NCBI GenBank assembly: GCA_029762625.1
Contig: JARVGI010000003.1
Span: 81,909 to 145,908 of the forward strand
Length of the DNA stretch: 64,000 bases
DNA from: Methanomicrobiaceae archaeon
GTDB lineage: Archaea > Halobacteriota > Methanomicrobia > Methanomicrobiales > Methanomicrobiaceae
Reading direction: 5' to 3'
In this document: in pieces, positions 16,924-25,090 of the stretch
Layout of the letters: each line of letters begins with the position of its first letter
Numbering within the stretch: position 1 is the stretch's first letter
Program-made: the position numbers and the translations under genes
The notes under the pieces: generated by a model
The model's database searches: none
What the model saw: the letters and a program-made list of their open reading frames with translations, nothing else
Told to the model about the DNA's origin: nothing

Positions 16924-18249
16924 TTAGTAGGTGCTGAGATACTGTGCGAGCTCCCAGGGGTGCACGGCGGTGCGGTAGGCGTCCCATTCAGCCTCGGCAA
17001 TGCGTTTGAGGTTCTCCACCACATGGGGGCCGAGGGCGGTGCTGAGCACCTCATCGGCGAGGAGGTGGCGGTTGGCGGTGGAGAGATCGCCGGGAAGCGT
17101 GTCGATACCCAGCGCCTCGCTCTCCTCCCGGGTCAGCTTGAAGATGTTGCGGTCCAGGCTGGCCGGCGGGTCGATTTTGTTGCGTATCCCGTCCATTCCC
17201 GCGGCGAGGATGGCGGCGAAGGTCAGGTAGGGGTTGCAGGTGGGATCCGGGCTCCGGTACTCGACACGGGTGCTCCTGCCCCGCGGGGCGGGCACACGGC
17301 AGAGTGCGCTGCGGTTGGCACCGCTCCAGCTGATGTAGACGGGGGCCTCGTAGCCGGGGACCAGGCGCTTGTAGGAATTGATGGTAGGGTTGGCCACCCG
17401 GGTGATGCCCTTCACGTGGGAAAGCAGGCCGCCGATGAAGTGGAGCGCGGTATCGGAGAGCTGCAGGGGCGCCTCCGGGTCATAGAAGGCGTTTTCGCCG
17501 TCCCTGAACAGGGAGCAGTTGGTGTGCATGCCGCTGCCGTTGATGCCGTAGACCGGTTTGGCCATGAAGGTGGCGTGCAGCCCATTCATGAGGGCGATGG
17601 TCTTGGTGGCGAACTTGAAGGTGATCACGTTGTCCGCGGTGGCGAGGGCATCGCCGTACTTGAAGTCGATCTCGTGCTGGCTCTCCGCCACCTCGTGGTG
17701 GGAGGCCTCGATCTCAAAGCCCATCTCGGTGAGGGCGAGGATGATGTCCCGGCGCACGTTTTCCGCGAGGTCGGTGGGGGCGAGGTCGAAGTAGCCGCCG
17801 GTGTCCTGGAACTCGGTGGTCGGTTTCCCATCGACCATCCGAAAGAGGAAGAACTCCAGCTCCGGGCCGGTGTTGAAGACGAACCCGTCCTTCGCGGCAT
17901 CGGCGAGCACCCGTTTGAGCACGTAGCGGGGATCCCCCTCGAAGGGCTGACCGTTTGCCTTGTGCACGTCACAGATAAACCGCGCCACCCGCGATTCGGC
18001 CGGCCTCCAGGGGAGGATAGTGTAGGTCGCCGGGTCGGGCTTGAGGACCATGTCGGACTCCTCGATGCGCACGAACCCCTCGATGGAGGAGCCGTCGAAC
18101 CCGATGCCGTCGGTCAGTGCCTTTTCTGCCTGGCTGACCGGGATGGCCACGTTCTTGGCCTGTCCCATGAGGTCGGAGAACTGCAGCCGGATGAACCTTA
18201 CGCCATCCTGCTCGATACGTTTCAGCATTGTTGCGGTCATGTCGCTCAT
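16924..18249 (-). CDS. glnA: Glutamine synthetase type I (copy 2)
   Basis: 441 aa, collinear with copy 1. Canonical [19 protein letters not shown]-site motif. Confidence 0.92.
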   Translation of the reverse strand: MSDMTATMLKRIEQDGVRFIRLQFSDLMGQAKNVAIPVSQAEKALTDGIGFDGSSIEGFVRIEESDMVLKPDPATYTILPWRPAESRVARFICDVHKANGQPFEGDPRYVLKRVLADAAKDGFVFNTGPELEFFLFRMVDGKPTTEFQDTGGYFDLAPTDLAENVRRDIILALTEMGFEIEASHHEVAESQHEIDFKYGDALATADNVITFKFATKTIALMNGLHATFMAKPVYGINGSGMHTNCSLFRDGENAFYDPEAPLQLSDTALHFIGGLLSHVKGITRVANPTINSYKRLVPGYEAPVYISWSGANRSALCRVPAPRGRSTRVEYRSPDPTCNPYLTFAAILAAGMDGIRNKIDPPASLDRNIFKLTREESEALGIDTLPGDLSTANRHLLADEVLSTALGPHVVENLKRIAEAEWDAYRTAVHPWELAQYLSTY

Positions 18250-18252
18250 GAT

Positions 18253-18296
18253 AGAAAGAAGGTTCCATCCAATAATATATATACTTATGCAACATA
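18253..18296. promoter_or_regulatory. Shared divergent promoter region of glnA (copy 2) and the glutamate synthase genes: AT-rich TATA tract plus a one-mismatch NrpR-type site
   Basis: aataatatatatactta at 18271-18287. Minus-strand GGAACCTTCTTTCT (18253-18266) lies between the TATA and the glnA ATG at 18249. Confidence 0.4.
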
Positions 18297-18348
18297 GGTA
18301 CTAGGCAAGCTATCAAGAGGATACCATACCTCTGGTCGTGTGATTGTC

Positions 18349-19398
18349 ATGTGCGGAATTATCAGTGTCGTCGATCGCGCCCGTCAGCCGATGGACGGAT
18401 CATCCATCAAACAGGCCCTCGCCCTGATGAACGAGCGGGGAAGCGGCGAGGGCGCGGGGTACGCGGTCTACGGTGCTTATCCTGAATTTGCCGACTGCTT
18501 TGCCCTGCACGTCTTCTTCGACAACATCGTGGAGACCAAGCGGGCCTTGGATACCCTCCTTGAAACCTGGGGGACGGTGGTGCACGAGGAGGAGATCCCC
18601 ACCTATCCGCAGCCGGGCTTAAAGAAGCTCCACATCCCCTGGCGCTATTTCTTCATACCAGATGCAAGGCTGATGGCCGGCAGCACCTGCCCCGAAGCCG
18701 ATATCGTCACCTACCTGGTGATGAAGGCGAACACCAGTCTGCCCGGCGTGCTGATCTTCTCTTCAGGCAGGAACATTGGTGTGTTCAAGGCCGCCGGCTG
18801 GCCTGAGGAGGTGGCCGATTTCTACCGCATCCAGGACTACGAAGGCTACATCTGGATCGCCCACAACCGCTACCCGACGAACACGCCGGGGTGGTGGGGT
18901 GGGGCGCACCCCTTCAACCTCCTGGACTGGAGCGTGATCCACAACGGCGAAATAACCTCCTACGGGACGAACCGGCGCTATATCGAGAGCTTCGGCTACC
19001 AGTGCACCATGTTTACCGATACCGAGGTGGTGGCCTACCTCATCGATCTGCTCCAACGCCGGCACGGCCTCGACGAAGCCCTCGCGGTGCGGGCGCTCGC
19101 GCCTCCCTTCTGGGACGAAATCGATGCCATGCCGCCTGCCGAGCAGGAGGTCAACCGCCTTATCCGGCTCACCTACGGGCCGGCCATGATGAACGGCCCC
19201 TTCGCCATCGTCGTGGCCAACCCTGAGGGCATCGTTGGCTTCACCGACCGGGTCAAGCTCCGCCCGCTCGTCGCGGCGGAGGCAGGGGACCGGTTGTATA
19301 TCTCCAGCGAAGAAGCGGCGATCCGCACAATGGAGGCCGGGCTCGACAGGGTATACATGCCTGCCGCCGGCGAGCCGGTGATCGGAAGGGTGAGATAG
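18349..19398 (+). CDS. Glutamate synthase, class-II glutamine amidotransferase subunit (GltB domain 1-like)
   Basis: The track ORF starts at GTG 18340. ATG 18349 gives MCGI, the Ntn nucleophile Cys directly after Met. Also HNRYPTNTPGWWGGAHPF and the VIHNGEITSY blocks. Confidence 0.85.
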   Translation: MCGIISVVDRARQPMDGSSIKQALALMNERGSGEGAGYAVYGAYPEFADCFALHVFFDNIVETKRALDTLLETWGTVVHEEEIPTYPQPGLKKLHIPWRYFFIPDARLMAGSTCPEADIVTYLVMKANTSLPGVLIFSSGRNIGVFKAAGWPEEVADFYRIQDYEGYIWIAHNRYPTNTPGWWGGAHPFNLLDWSVIHNGEITSYGTNRRYIESFGYQCTMFTDTEVVAYLIDLLQRRHGLDEALAVRALAPPFWDEIDAMPPAEQEVNRLIRLTYGPAMMNGPFAIVVANPEGIVGFTDRVKLRPLVAAEAGDRLYISSEEAAIRTMEAGLDRVYMPAAGEPVIGRVR

Positions 19399-19400
19399 CG

Positions 19401-20912
19401 ATGGCAATCGGCAGCCTGCCGCAACGGTATAAGATCAGCATCGACCATGACCGGTGCATGCTCTGCGACCGGTGCATCGAGAACTGCTCGTACGGAACGT
19501 TCCGCCGCGATGGCGACCGCATCCGCATCAATGCGCGGAACTGCACCGCCTGCCACCGCTGCATCGCCATGTGCCCCCGCGATGCCATCACCCTCGAGGA
19601 GCAGCCGGTGGACTACCGCACCCACCCCCTCTGGACGCGGGGTGTGCGGGAGGATATCTACAACCAGGCGCGGACCGGAAGGATCATCCTCGCCGGCATG
19701 GGCAATGCGCTCGACTACCCGGTCATCTTCGACCGGCTTGTCCTCGATGCCTGCCAGGTGACCAACCCGAGCATCGACCCCCTCCGGGAACCGATGGAAC
19801 TGCGCACCTGCATCGGCAAGAAGCCGCGTAAACTAGAATTCTGCCGCAACGCGGCAGGGGACGTCGAGCTCCTCACGCACCTTGCCCCCAACCTGCAGGC
19901 GGAGACGCCCATCATGATCGGGCACATGAGCTACGGCGCCATCAGCCTCAACGCCCAGCTCTCCCTTGCCCGCGCGGTTGCCGACGTGGGCACCTTCATG
20001 GGCACCGGCGAGGGCGGACTGCACCAGGCGCTCCACCCCTACCAGGATCATATGGTCGTCCAGGTGGCATCGGGCCGGTTCGGGGTGGACATCGATTACC
20101 TCGAGCGGGGCGCGGCTATCGAGATCAAGATCGGGCAGGGCGCAAAACCGGGCATCGGCGGGCACCTCCCCGGCGAGAAAGTCTGCATGGACGTCTCCTG
20201 CACCCGCATGATCCCGGAAGGCAGCGATGCCATCAGTCCGGCCCCCCACCACGACATCTACTCCATCGAGGACCTTGCCCAGCTGGTGCGCAGCCTCAAG
20301 GAGGCCACCGAGTGGCAAAAGCCGGTGTTCGTCAAGATCGCCGCAGTGCACAATGCCGCTGCCATCGCCGCCGGCATCGCCCGCTCATCGGCCGATGCGG
20401 TGGTGCTGGACGGCTTCCGCGGCGGCACGGGGGCCGCCCCCAAGGTGTTTCGCGACCACGTGGGCATCCCCATCGAGGCGGCGGTGGCCTCGGTGGACAG
20501 TAAACTCCGCGACCAGGGGATCCGCAACGAGATATCCATCATCGCCAGCGGCGGCATCCGGTGCAGTGCCGACGTGGCCAAGACGGTGGCCCTCGGGGCG
20601 GATGCCGTCTACATCGGCACCGCAGCGCTGGTGGCCATGGGCTGCCGGGTCTGCGGCAACTGCTACCGCGGGCTGTGCCCGTGGGGGATCGCCACCCAGC
20701 GCCCCGACCTCGTGGCGCGCCTCGACCCGGAGGTGGAATGGCAGCACGTGGCCAACCTGATCCGGGGATGGACGCTGGAGCTCTCCGAGCTGATGGGGGC
20801 TGCAGGCATCAACAGCATCGAGAGCCTCCGCGGCAACCGCGACCGCCTGCGGGGCTACATGCTCGACGAAGGGCTGTTGAAGGTCCTGGACGTCAAACAG
20901 GTGGGGGCGTGA
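19401..20912 (+). CDS. Glutamate synthase FMN subunit with N-terminal 2x[4Fe-4S] ferredoxin domain (archaeal GltB domain 2)
   Basis: CMLCDRCIENC and CTACHRCIAMCP ferredoxin motifs, then IEIKIGQGAKPGIGGHLPG, VLDGFRGGTGAAP and IASGGIR... plus CRVCGNCYRGLCPWGI. Confidence 0.88.
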   Translation: MAIGSLPQRYKISIDHDRCMLCDRCIENCSYGTFRRDGDRIRINARNCTACHRCIAMCPRDAITLEEQPVDYRTHPLWTRGVREDIYNQARTGRIILAGMGNALDYPVIFDRLVLDACQVTNPSIDPLREPMELRTCIGKKPRKLEFCRNAAGDVELLTHLAPNLQAETPIMIGHMSYGAISLNAQLSLARAVADVGTFMGTGEGGLHQALHPYQDHMVVQVASGRFGVDIDYLERGAAIEIKIGQGAKPGIGGHLPGEKVCMDVSCTRMIPEGSDAISPAPHHDIYSIEDLAQLVRSLKEATEWQKPVFVKIAAVHNAAAIAAGIARSSADAVVLDGFRGGTGAAPKVFRDHVGIPIEAAVASVDSKLRDQGIRNEISIIASGGIRCSADVAKTVALGADAVYIGTAALVAMGCRVCGNCYRGLCPWGIATQRPDLVARLDPEVEWQHVANLIRGWTLELSELMGAAGINSIESLRGNRDRLRGYMLDEGLLKVLDVKQVGA

Positions 20913-20917
20913 GGACG

Positions 20918-21661
20918 ATGGGAGCATGCGTGCGCATCGATGCGGCGGGCATCCATTACACCCCTCTCAACCGGCAGATTCGCGACGCGGTTGCCGGCGG
21001 TGCGGAGGAGATCGTTCTCGAGAACGTCCTCGGGCAGCGGTTCATCGCCGACGGCCTGCGGGGGGAGGCGACCATCACCGTCCACGGGGTGCCCGGCGGC
21101 GACCTCGGCATGTTCATGAGCGGACCGACCTGCATCGTCTACGGCAACTGCGAGCACGCGCCGGGCAACACCATGGACGCGGGGAGGATCGTCATCCACG
21201 GGAGCGCCGGCGATGCCGTGGCCCACAGCATGCGCGGAGGTCTTGTATTCGTCCGCGACGATATCGGCTACCGGGGCGCCATCCACATGAAGCAGTACCG
21301 TGACAGGTGCCCGGTACTCGTGGTGGGCGGCTGCCCCCGTGCCTTTTTCGGCGAGTACATGGCCGGCGGTCTTGCCATCGCCCTCAACCTCGAACACAGG
21401 GAATTGTGCATGGACAGGGGGATCGGCAGCGGCATCCACGGCGGCGAGATCTACGTGCGGGGTGCGGTCGATGCGCGCCTGCTCGGCGTGGGGGCGATGT
21501 TCAAACCCTTCGGCGAGGAGCAGCGACGCGAGATCGCCCCCCTCATCGTCGAGTTCGCCAGCCATTTCGGCTGCGATGCGGATGCCCTGCTGGAAGCGGA
21601 GTACACCAGGATCGGGCCTGCCAGCGCGAGGCCCTTTGCGGGGAAATATACATGGGAGTGA
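20918..21661 (+). CDS. Glutamate synthase GXGXG-domain subunit (GltB C-terminal domain-like)
   Basis: Real start ATG 20918 (MGACVRIDAAG) within ORF 20561..21661. Repeated beta-helix units VHGVPGGDLGMFMSG, IHGSAGDAVAHSMRGG and GGCPRAFFGEYMAGG. Confidence 0.85.
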   Translation: MGACVRIDAAGIHYTPLNRQIRDAVAGGAEEIVLENVLGQRFIADGLRGEATITVHGVPGGDLGMFMSGPTCIVYGNCEHAPGNTMDAGRIVIHGSAGDAVAHSMRGGLVFVRDDIGYRGAIHMKQYRDRCPVLVVGGCPRAFFGEYMAGGLAIALNLEHRELCMDRGIGSGIHGGEIYVRGAVDARLLGVGAMFKPFGEEQRREIAPLIVEFASHFGCDADALLEAEYTRIGPASARPFAGKYTWE

Positions 21662-21666
21662 GCACA

Positions 21667-22698
21667 ATGACAGAGAGATCATACGTCGACCTGAAGCGGG
21701 AGGTCTGGGATGCCGGGCTGTGCGCCCGGTGCGGCGCCTGCGTGGCGGTGTGCCCCGCCGACGCCCTCTTCTTCCCGCCAGCAGTGGAGGGGGAATCCCC
21801 CGTCTCGCCGGCGAGCTCCGGCTACTGCAAGAGGGAGACCGACGGTGTGCCCTGCGGGGCGTGCTACCGGGCCTGCCCCCGGGCGGGTGAACGCATCCCG
21901 GTGAATTCGCTGCTGGGAGAATCGCGTGAGATCGTCGCCGCGCGGGCTGCGTTCCCGGTGGCGCGCAAACAGAGTGGGGGGGCGGTTACCGCCATCCTGA
22001 AATCCGCCCTCGAGGAGGGGACGATCGACGCCGTGGTCACGGTGACCGCCGATCCGTGGACCCTGAAACCCCGCTCCGAGGTGATCACCGATGCCGGAGT
22101 GCTGGCAGCACACGCGGGCAGCCGCTATAACTGGCAGGTGCCCCTGCTCGCCGCTCTCAAGGACGCGGTGGTGGAGCGGAAGTACCAGAATATTGCGGTC
22201 GTGGGGGTCCCGTGTGCCGTGCAGGCCGCCCGCAAGATCCGCGAGAGCGAGGTCGACCTCCTCCGCCCCTTTGCACGATCGATACGGCTGATTATCGGGC
22301 TCTTCTGCACGGAGAGCTTTGACTATGCCCGGCTGGTGGAGGGTGCACTGCGCAGGGACCGCCGCATCGAGCCATGGACGGTCCGCCGTCTCGACGTGAA
22401 GGGGGCGCTGGAGGCCACCCTCGAGGACGGCACGATCGTCTCCATCCCGCTCGCCGAGCTGGCATCATGCATCCCCGCAGGCTGCACAACCTGCACCGAC
22501 TTTGCGGCCCTTAATGCTGATATCTCCGCAGGCGACGTGGGCAGCCCTGCGGGGTGTACCACCCTCATCATCCGCACCCCCGAGGGGATGGGATTTGTGA
22601 ACCGCGCCCTCGCTGCCGGCGCACTGGAAACCTCTGATGAGGTTGCCCTTGCCCCGGCAGAACGTCTCGCCTCCCGCAAGGCGGCGCGGGGCACATAA
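21667..22698 (+). CDS. FrhB-family protein (coenzyme F420 hydrogenase/dehydrogenase beta subunit-like); candidate F420H2 input module for the adjacent glutamate synthase
   Basis: ATG 21667 lies 5 nt after the preceding stop with GGGAGTG upstream (alternative ATG 21652). CARCGACVAVCP, CGACYRACP, AVVGVPCAVQAARK and GLFCTESF are FrhB-family blocks. Confidence 0.75.
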   Translation: MTERSYVDLKREVWDAGLCARCGACVAVCPADALFFPPAVEGESPVSPASSGYCKRETDGVPCGACYRACPRAGERIPVNSLLGESREIVAARAAFPVARKQSGGAVTAILKSALEEGTIDAVVTVTADPWTLKPRSEVITDAGVLAAHAGSRYNWQVPLLAALKDAVVERKYQNIAVVGVPCAVQAARKIRESEVDLLRPFARSIRLIIGLFCTESFDYARLVEGALRRDRRIEPWTVRRLDVKGALEATLEDGTIVSIPLAELASCIPAGCTTCTDFAALNADISAGDVGSPAGCTTLIIRTPEGMGFVNRALAAGALETSDEVALAPAERLASRKAARGT

Positions 22699-22700
22699 CC

Positions 22701-22707
22701 TTTTTTT
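22701..22707 (+). terminator. Oligo-T (T7) 3 nt after the FrhB-like stop
   Basis: taacctttttttgcc, sitting between convergent genes. Confidence 0.45.
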
Positions 22708-22711
22708 GCCA

Positions 22712-24094
22712 TTACGGGAAGTGCGATTCCACTTCCTCCCTGCGGATGCGCAGCAGCGGGGATCGTTTCAGAAAAAACGAGCTCAGGAAGGCGGCGAACT
22801 CATCCTGCCAGACATCATTGCCCTGATAGAGCGTCCAGCCCTCCTGCATGGCGATTTTGACGTGCTTTCCCAGCGAGACCTTCAGGGGGCTCGCGGACCG
22901 CAGCACCTCCGCAGCGCGGGTATGCTTGCGCGGTATCTCAACGTAATACCGCCCGTCATCGATGTACGGCCCTGAAAACGCACCTTCTGTGTACTTCTCC
23001 AGGAATCTCTCGACATTTGCCGTATTCCAGACATTGGGGCCCATGTGCCGCTTCAAGGGGGGGAGATCCCTGACCAGCAGTTCGAACAGCAGCATACAGT
23101 GCTTCTCCTCCATGCACGACTCCATCCGGTTGGCGGTAAACCCGTAGCGATCGAGCATCCCCCCGATCGCATCGATGCTTTTTCGCAGCTGGGGGACGAG
23201 GACGTCGGGGAGGATGCGGGGCGTGGGAAAGACGATGGCGTAAAGGTGGGTCTCCCGCGCTTCGAGCAGGGCGCAGAACCGCTCCCGGGTGAGCACGGGA
23301 TCGCGCCGGGGCATGAAAAACGTAATCAGGGGGCGTGCCGCATAGCCCCGGGCAAGTTCCACGAACTCGAACATCCGGGTCATCGAGAGTGACGCCGCGA
23401 CGTTCCGTTTCGGGTCGACCGGGTCGATGACCACCAGCGGGTCGTCGAACTCCCTCGCCCGGTGGCCTGCGCTGTCGATGACCAGCCCGGGCTGCCACGA
23501 TCCTGCCGCCTCGATCAGGGGGGCGAACCCGCCGTAGTGGATGACGAGAAGCTCGCAGAGGTATCCCGCAAACCCTTCGGTCATGTGGTCCGAGCCGTAA
23601 ATCCCCCCGGCCTTGGCAAACTGCTTCATGAGGAGCACGTCGTCCACGAACCCGTCGATATGCTCGCGTATATAGCGGGTGTGAAACGGGGTGCGGTCGA
23701 CGGCGCTCTGGATGCCGGTCGCGCTTTTCACGGCATAGCAGGGCACGAGGTCGACATCGAGCCCCCTGACGGTGGTGTTGATGTAGGGATGCTCGGAGTA
23801 CTTCTCCCGCGTCCCCTCGCCGAACCGGCGGGCGATCTCCCGGGCGAGGTCCATGCCCCGGCGTTCGAGCTCAGCCCGGGGAAGCGCGGGGTCGAAGAGC
23901 ATGAACACGTCGAGATCGCGGTCGCCGGTGATCCAGGTGTCGCGCGCGACCGATCCCACCACCATGCCCCGTGCGCTGCCGCTTTGATCCACTGCATCAA
24001 CGAGGGCACAGGCCACCTCCCATATCCTGTTGTGCTCCTCGCTGCTCGGCCGGATCTGCCTGAGCACCTCCTCCTCGCAGGGAAGCCGACTCAC
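22712..24094 (-). CDS. cca: CCA-adding enzyme (archaeal class I tRNA nucleotidyltransferase)
   Basis: GSVARDTWITGDRDLDVFMLF (the nucleotidyltransferase GS...DxD motif) and the conserved RTPFHTRY. Preferred start is GTG 24094, overlapping the thpR TGA (GTGA). The ATG-based ORF reaches 24163 but would overlap thpR by 73 nt. Confidence 0.85.
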   Translation of the reverse strand: MSRLPCEEEVLRQIRPSSEEHNRIWEVACALVDAVDQSGSARGMVVGSVARDTWITGDRDLDVFMLFDPALPRAELERRGMDLAREIARRFGEGTREKYSEHPYINTTVRGLDVDLVPCYAVKSATGIQSAVDRTPFHTRYIREHIDGFVDDVLLMKQFAKAGGIYGSDHMTEGFAGYLCELLVIHYGGFAPLIEAAGSWQPGLVIDSAGHRAREFDDPLVVIDPVDPKRNVAASLSMTRMFEFVELARGYAARPLITFFMPRRDPVLTRERFCALLEARETHLYAIVFPTPRILPDVLVPQLRKSIDAIGGMLDRYGFTANRMESCMEEKHCMLLFELLVRDLPPLKRHMGPNVWNTANVERFLEKYTEGAFSGPYIDDGRYYVEIPRKHTRAAEVLRSASPLKVSLGKHVKIAMQEGWTLYQGNDVWQDEFAAFLSSFFLKRSPLLRIRREEVESHFP

Positions 24095-24630
24095 CACACG
24101 ACCTCCATGAGATCGTCGTATATCGGGCCCTGTTTGGTGAGCGTGCTCTTTTTCAGGACACACCGGTCAGCCCGAAACGACCCGAAATCCGTGGCGGCGA
24201 CCTGCCCCATCGCCCCGAGCAGGGAGGGATCGAACTGCCGTACACGGGCGATAGTGATGTGCGCAGTATAGGCGCGTTTCTCTCTCTCGATCCCCAGAGG
24301 GGCGAGGACGTCCTCAATGGCACCGTTGAGTTCCCCGGTCCTGCCCGCATCCTCGATCATGGACCAGATGACCCGCGGGCGGCGGAGATTGTTCGCCCCC
24401 ACGCCCCTGACGGCGATCTCGTAGGGAGCGGCGGATACGCCCCTGAGCGCTGTCTGTATATCGTCCAGCCTCTCGTCATCGACCTCGCCGATGAATTTGA
24501 GCGTGATATGCATGTGCTGGGGGGCGACAAAGGTAAGCTTCGCGCCGCTGCGTGCGAGCACCGTCTGGGTTTCCGCGATCCGCTCCCTGATATCTTGTGG
24601 GAGGTCGATGGCGATGAACACCCGCGTCAT
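24091..24630 (-). CDS. thpR: RNA 2',3'-cyclic phosphodiesterase / 2'-5' RNA ligase family (2H phosphoesterase)
   Basis: Start MTRVFIAIDLP at 24630. Two H-x-T-x motifs (HMHITLKF and HITIARV). Confidence 0.8.
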   Translation of the reverse strand: MTRVFIAIDLPQDIRERIAETQTVLARSGAKLTFVAPQHMHITLKFIGEVDDERLDDIQTALRGVSAAPYEIAVRGVGANNLRRPRVIWSMIEDAGRTGELNGAIEDVLAPLGIEREKRAYTAHITIARVRQFDPSLLGAMGQVAATDFGSFRADRCVLKKSTLTKQGPIYDDLMEVVW

Positions 24631-24820
24631 AGGATACGTATATGCGATCGTCCTACAAATGGAATTCGCTTGCAGAAGACGGAAGGGCAGGACGGCGCGC
24701 CAGCTAACCGGCGGATCTATCCCCGGCCAAATTTCCCCGCAATAGCCCTGAATGTGATTCCGATACAATTTTTATCAATTCCGACGACTAATGGTACGAA
24801 ACATAGGGGGATTATTTTTC

Positions 24821-25090
24821 ATGTCAAATAAAGCGGAACTAATCGTATATACGCTTGAAAACTGCCCAAATTGTGAACTCCTGAAAGAATACCTCGCTGC
24901 GTGCGGCGCGGCGTTCCAGGAGCGCGACATGATGAGTGCTGAGGCGCTCACCGAGATGCGGATCAACGGTGTGTTCGTCAGGGAAGCCCCCGTTCTGCAG
25001 AGGGACAAGACGTTCTTGACATCAGCCGAACTTTTCGCCGCCGGATCGGTCAGGAATGAGGTCGTCAGCCCGCTGCTCAAGGGTGATTGA
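24821..25090 (+). CDS. Glutaredoxin/NrdH-like small redox protein (CPNC active site)
   Basis: MSNKAELIVYTLENCPNCELLKEYL..., 89 aa, thioredoxin-fold pattern. The stop overlaps the start of the NrdD-like gene. Confidence 0.7.
   Translation: MSNKAELIVYTLENCPNCELLKEYLAACGAAFQERDMMSAEALTEMRINGVFVREAPVLQRDKTFLTSAELFAAGSVRNEVVSPLLKGD

Noticed and set aside
13650-18297. Plus-strand ORFs 13650..14696, 15681..16904 and 16813..18297
   Set aside because: They are antisense to glnA (both copies) and amt. The two glnA-antisense ORFs resemble each other only because the sense genes are duplicated.
20561-20917. Long N-terminal extensions of track ORFs (20561.., 21307.., 43044.., 49559.., 47010..48278, 62080..62448 and others)
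   Set aside because: In every case the extension overlaps the preceding, well-supported gene in another frame. Family similarity begins at an internal ATG placed 0-10 nt from the upstream stop.
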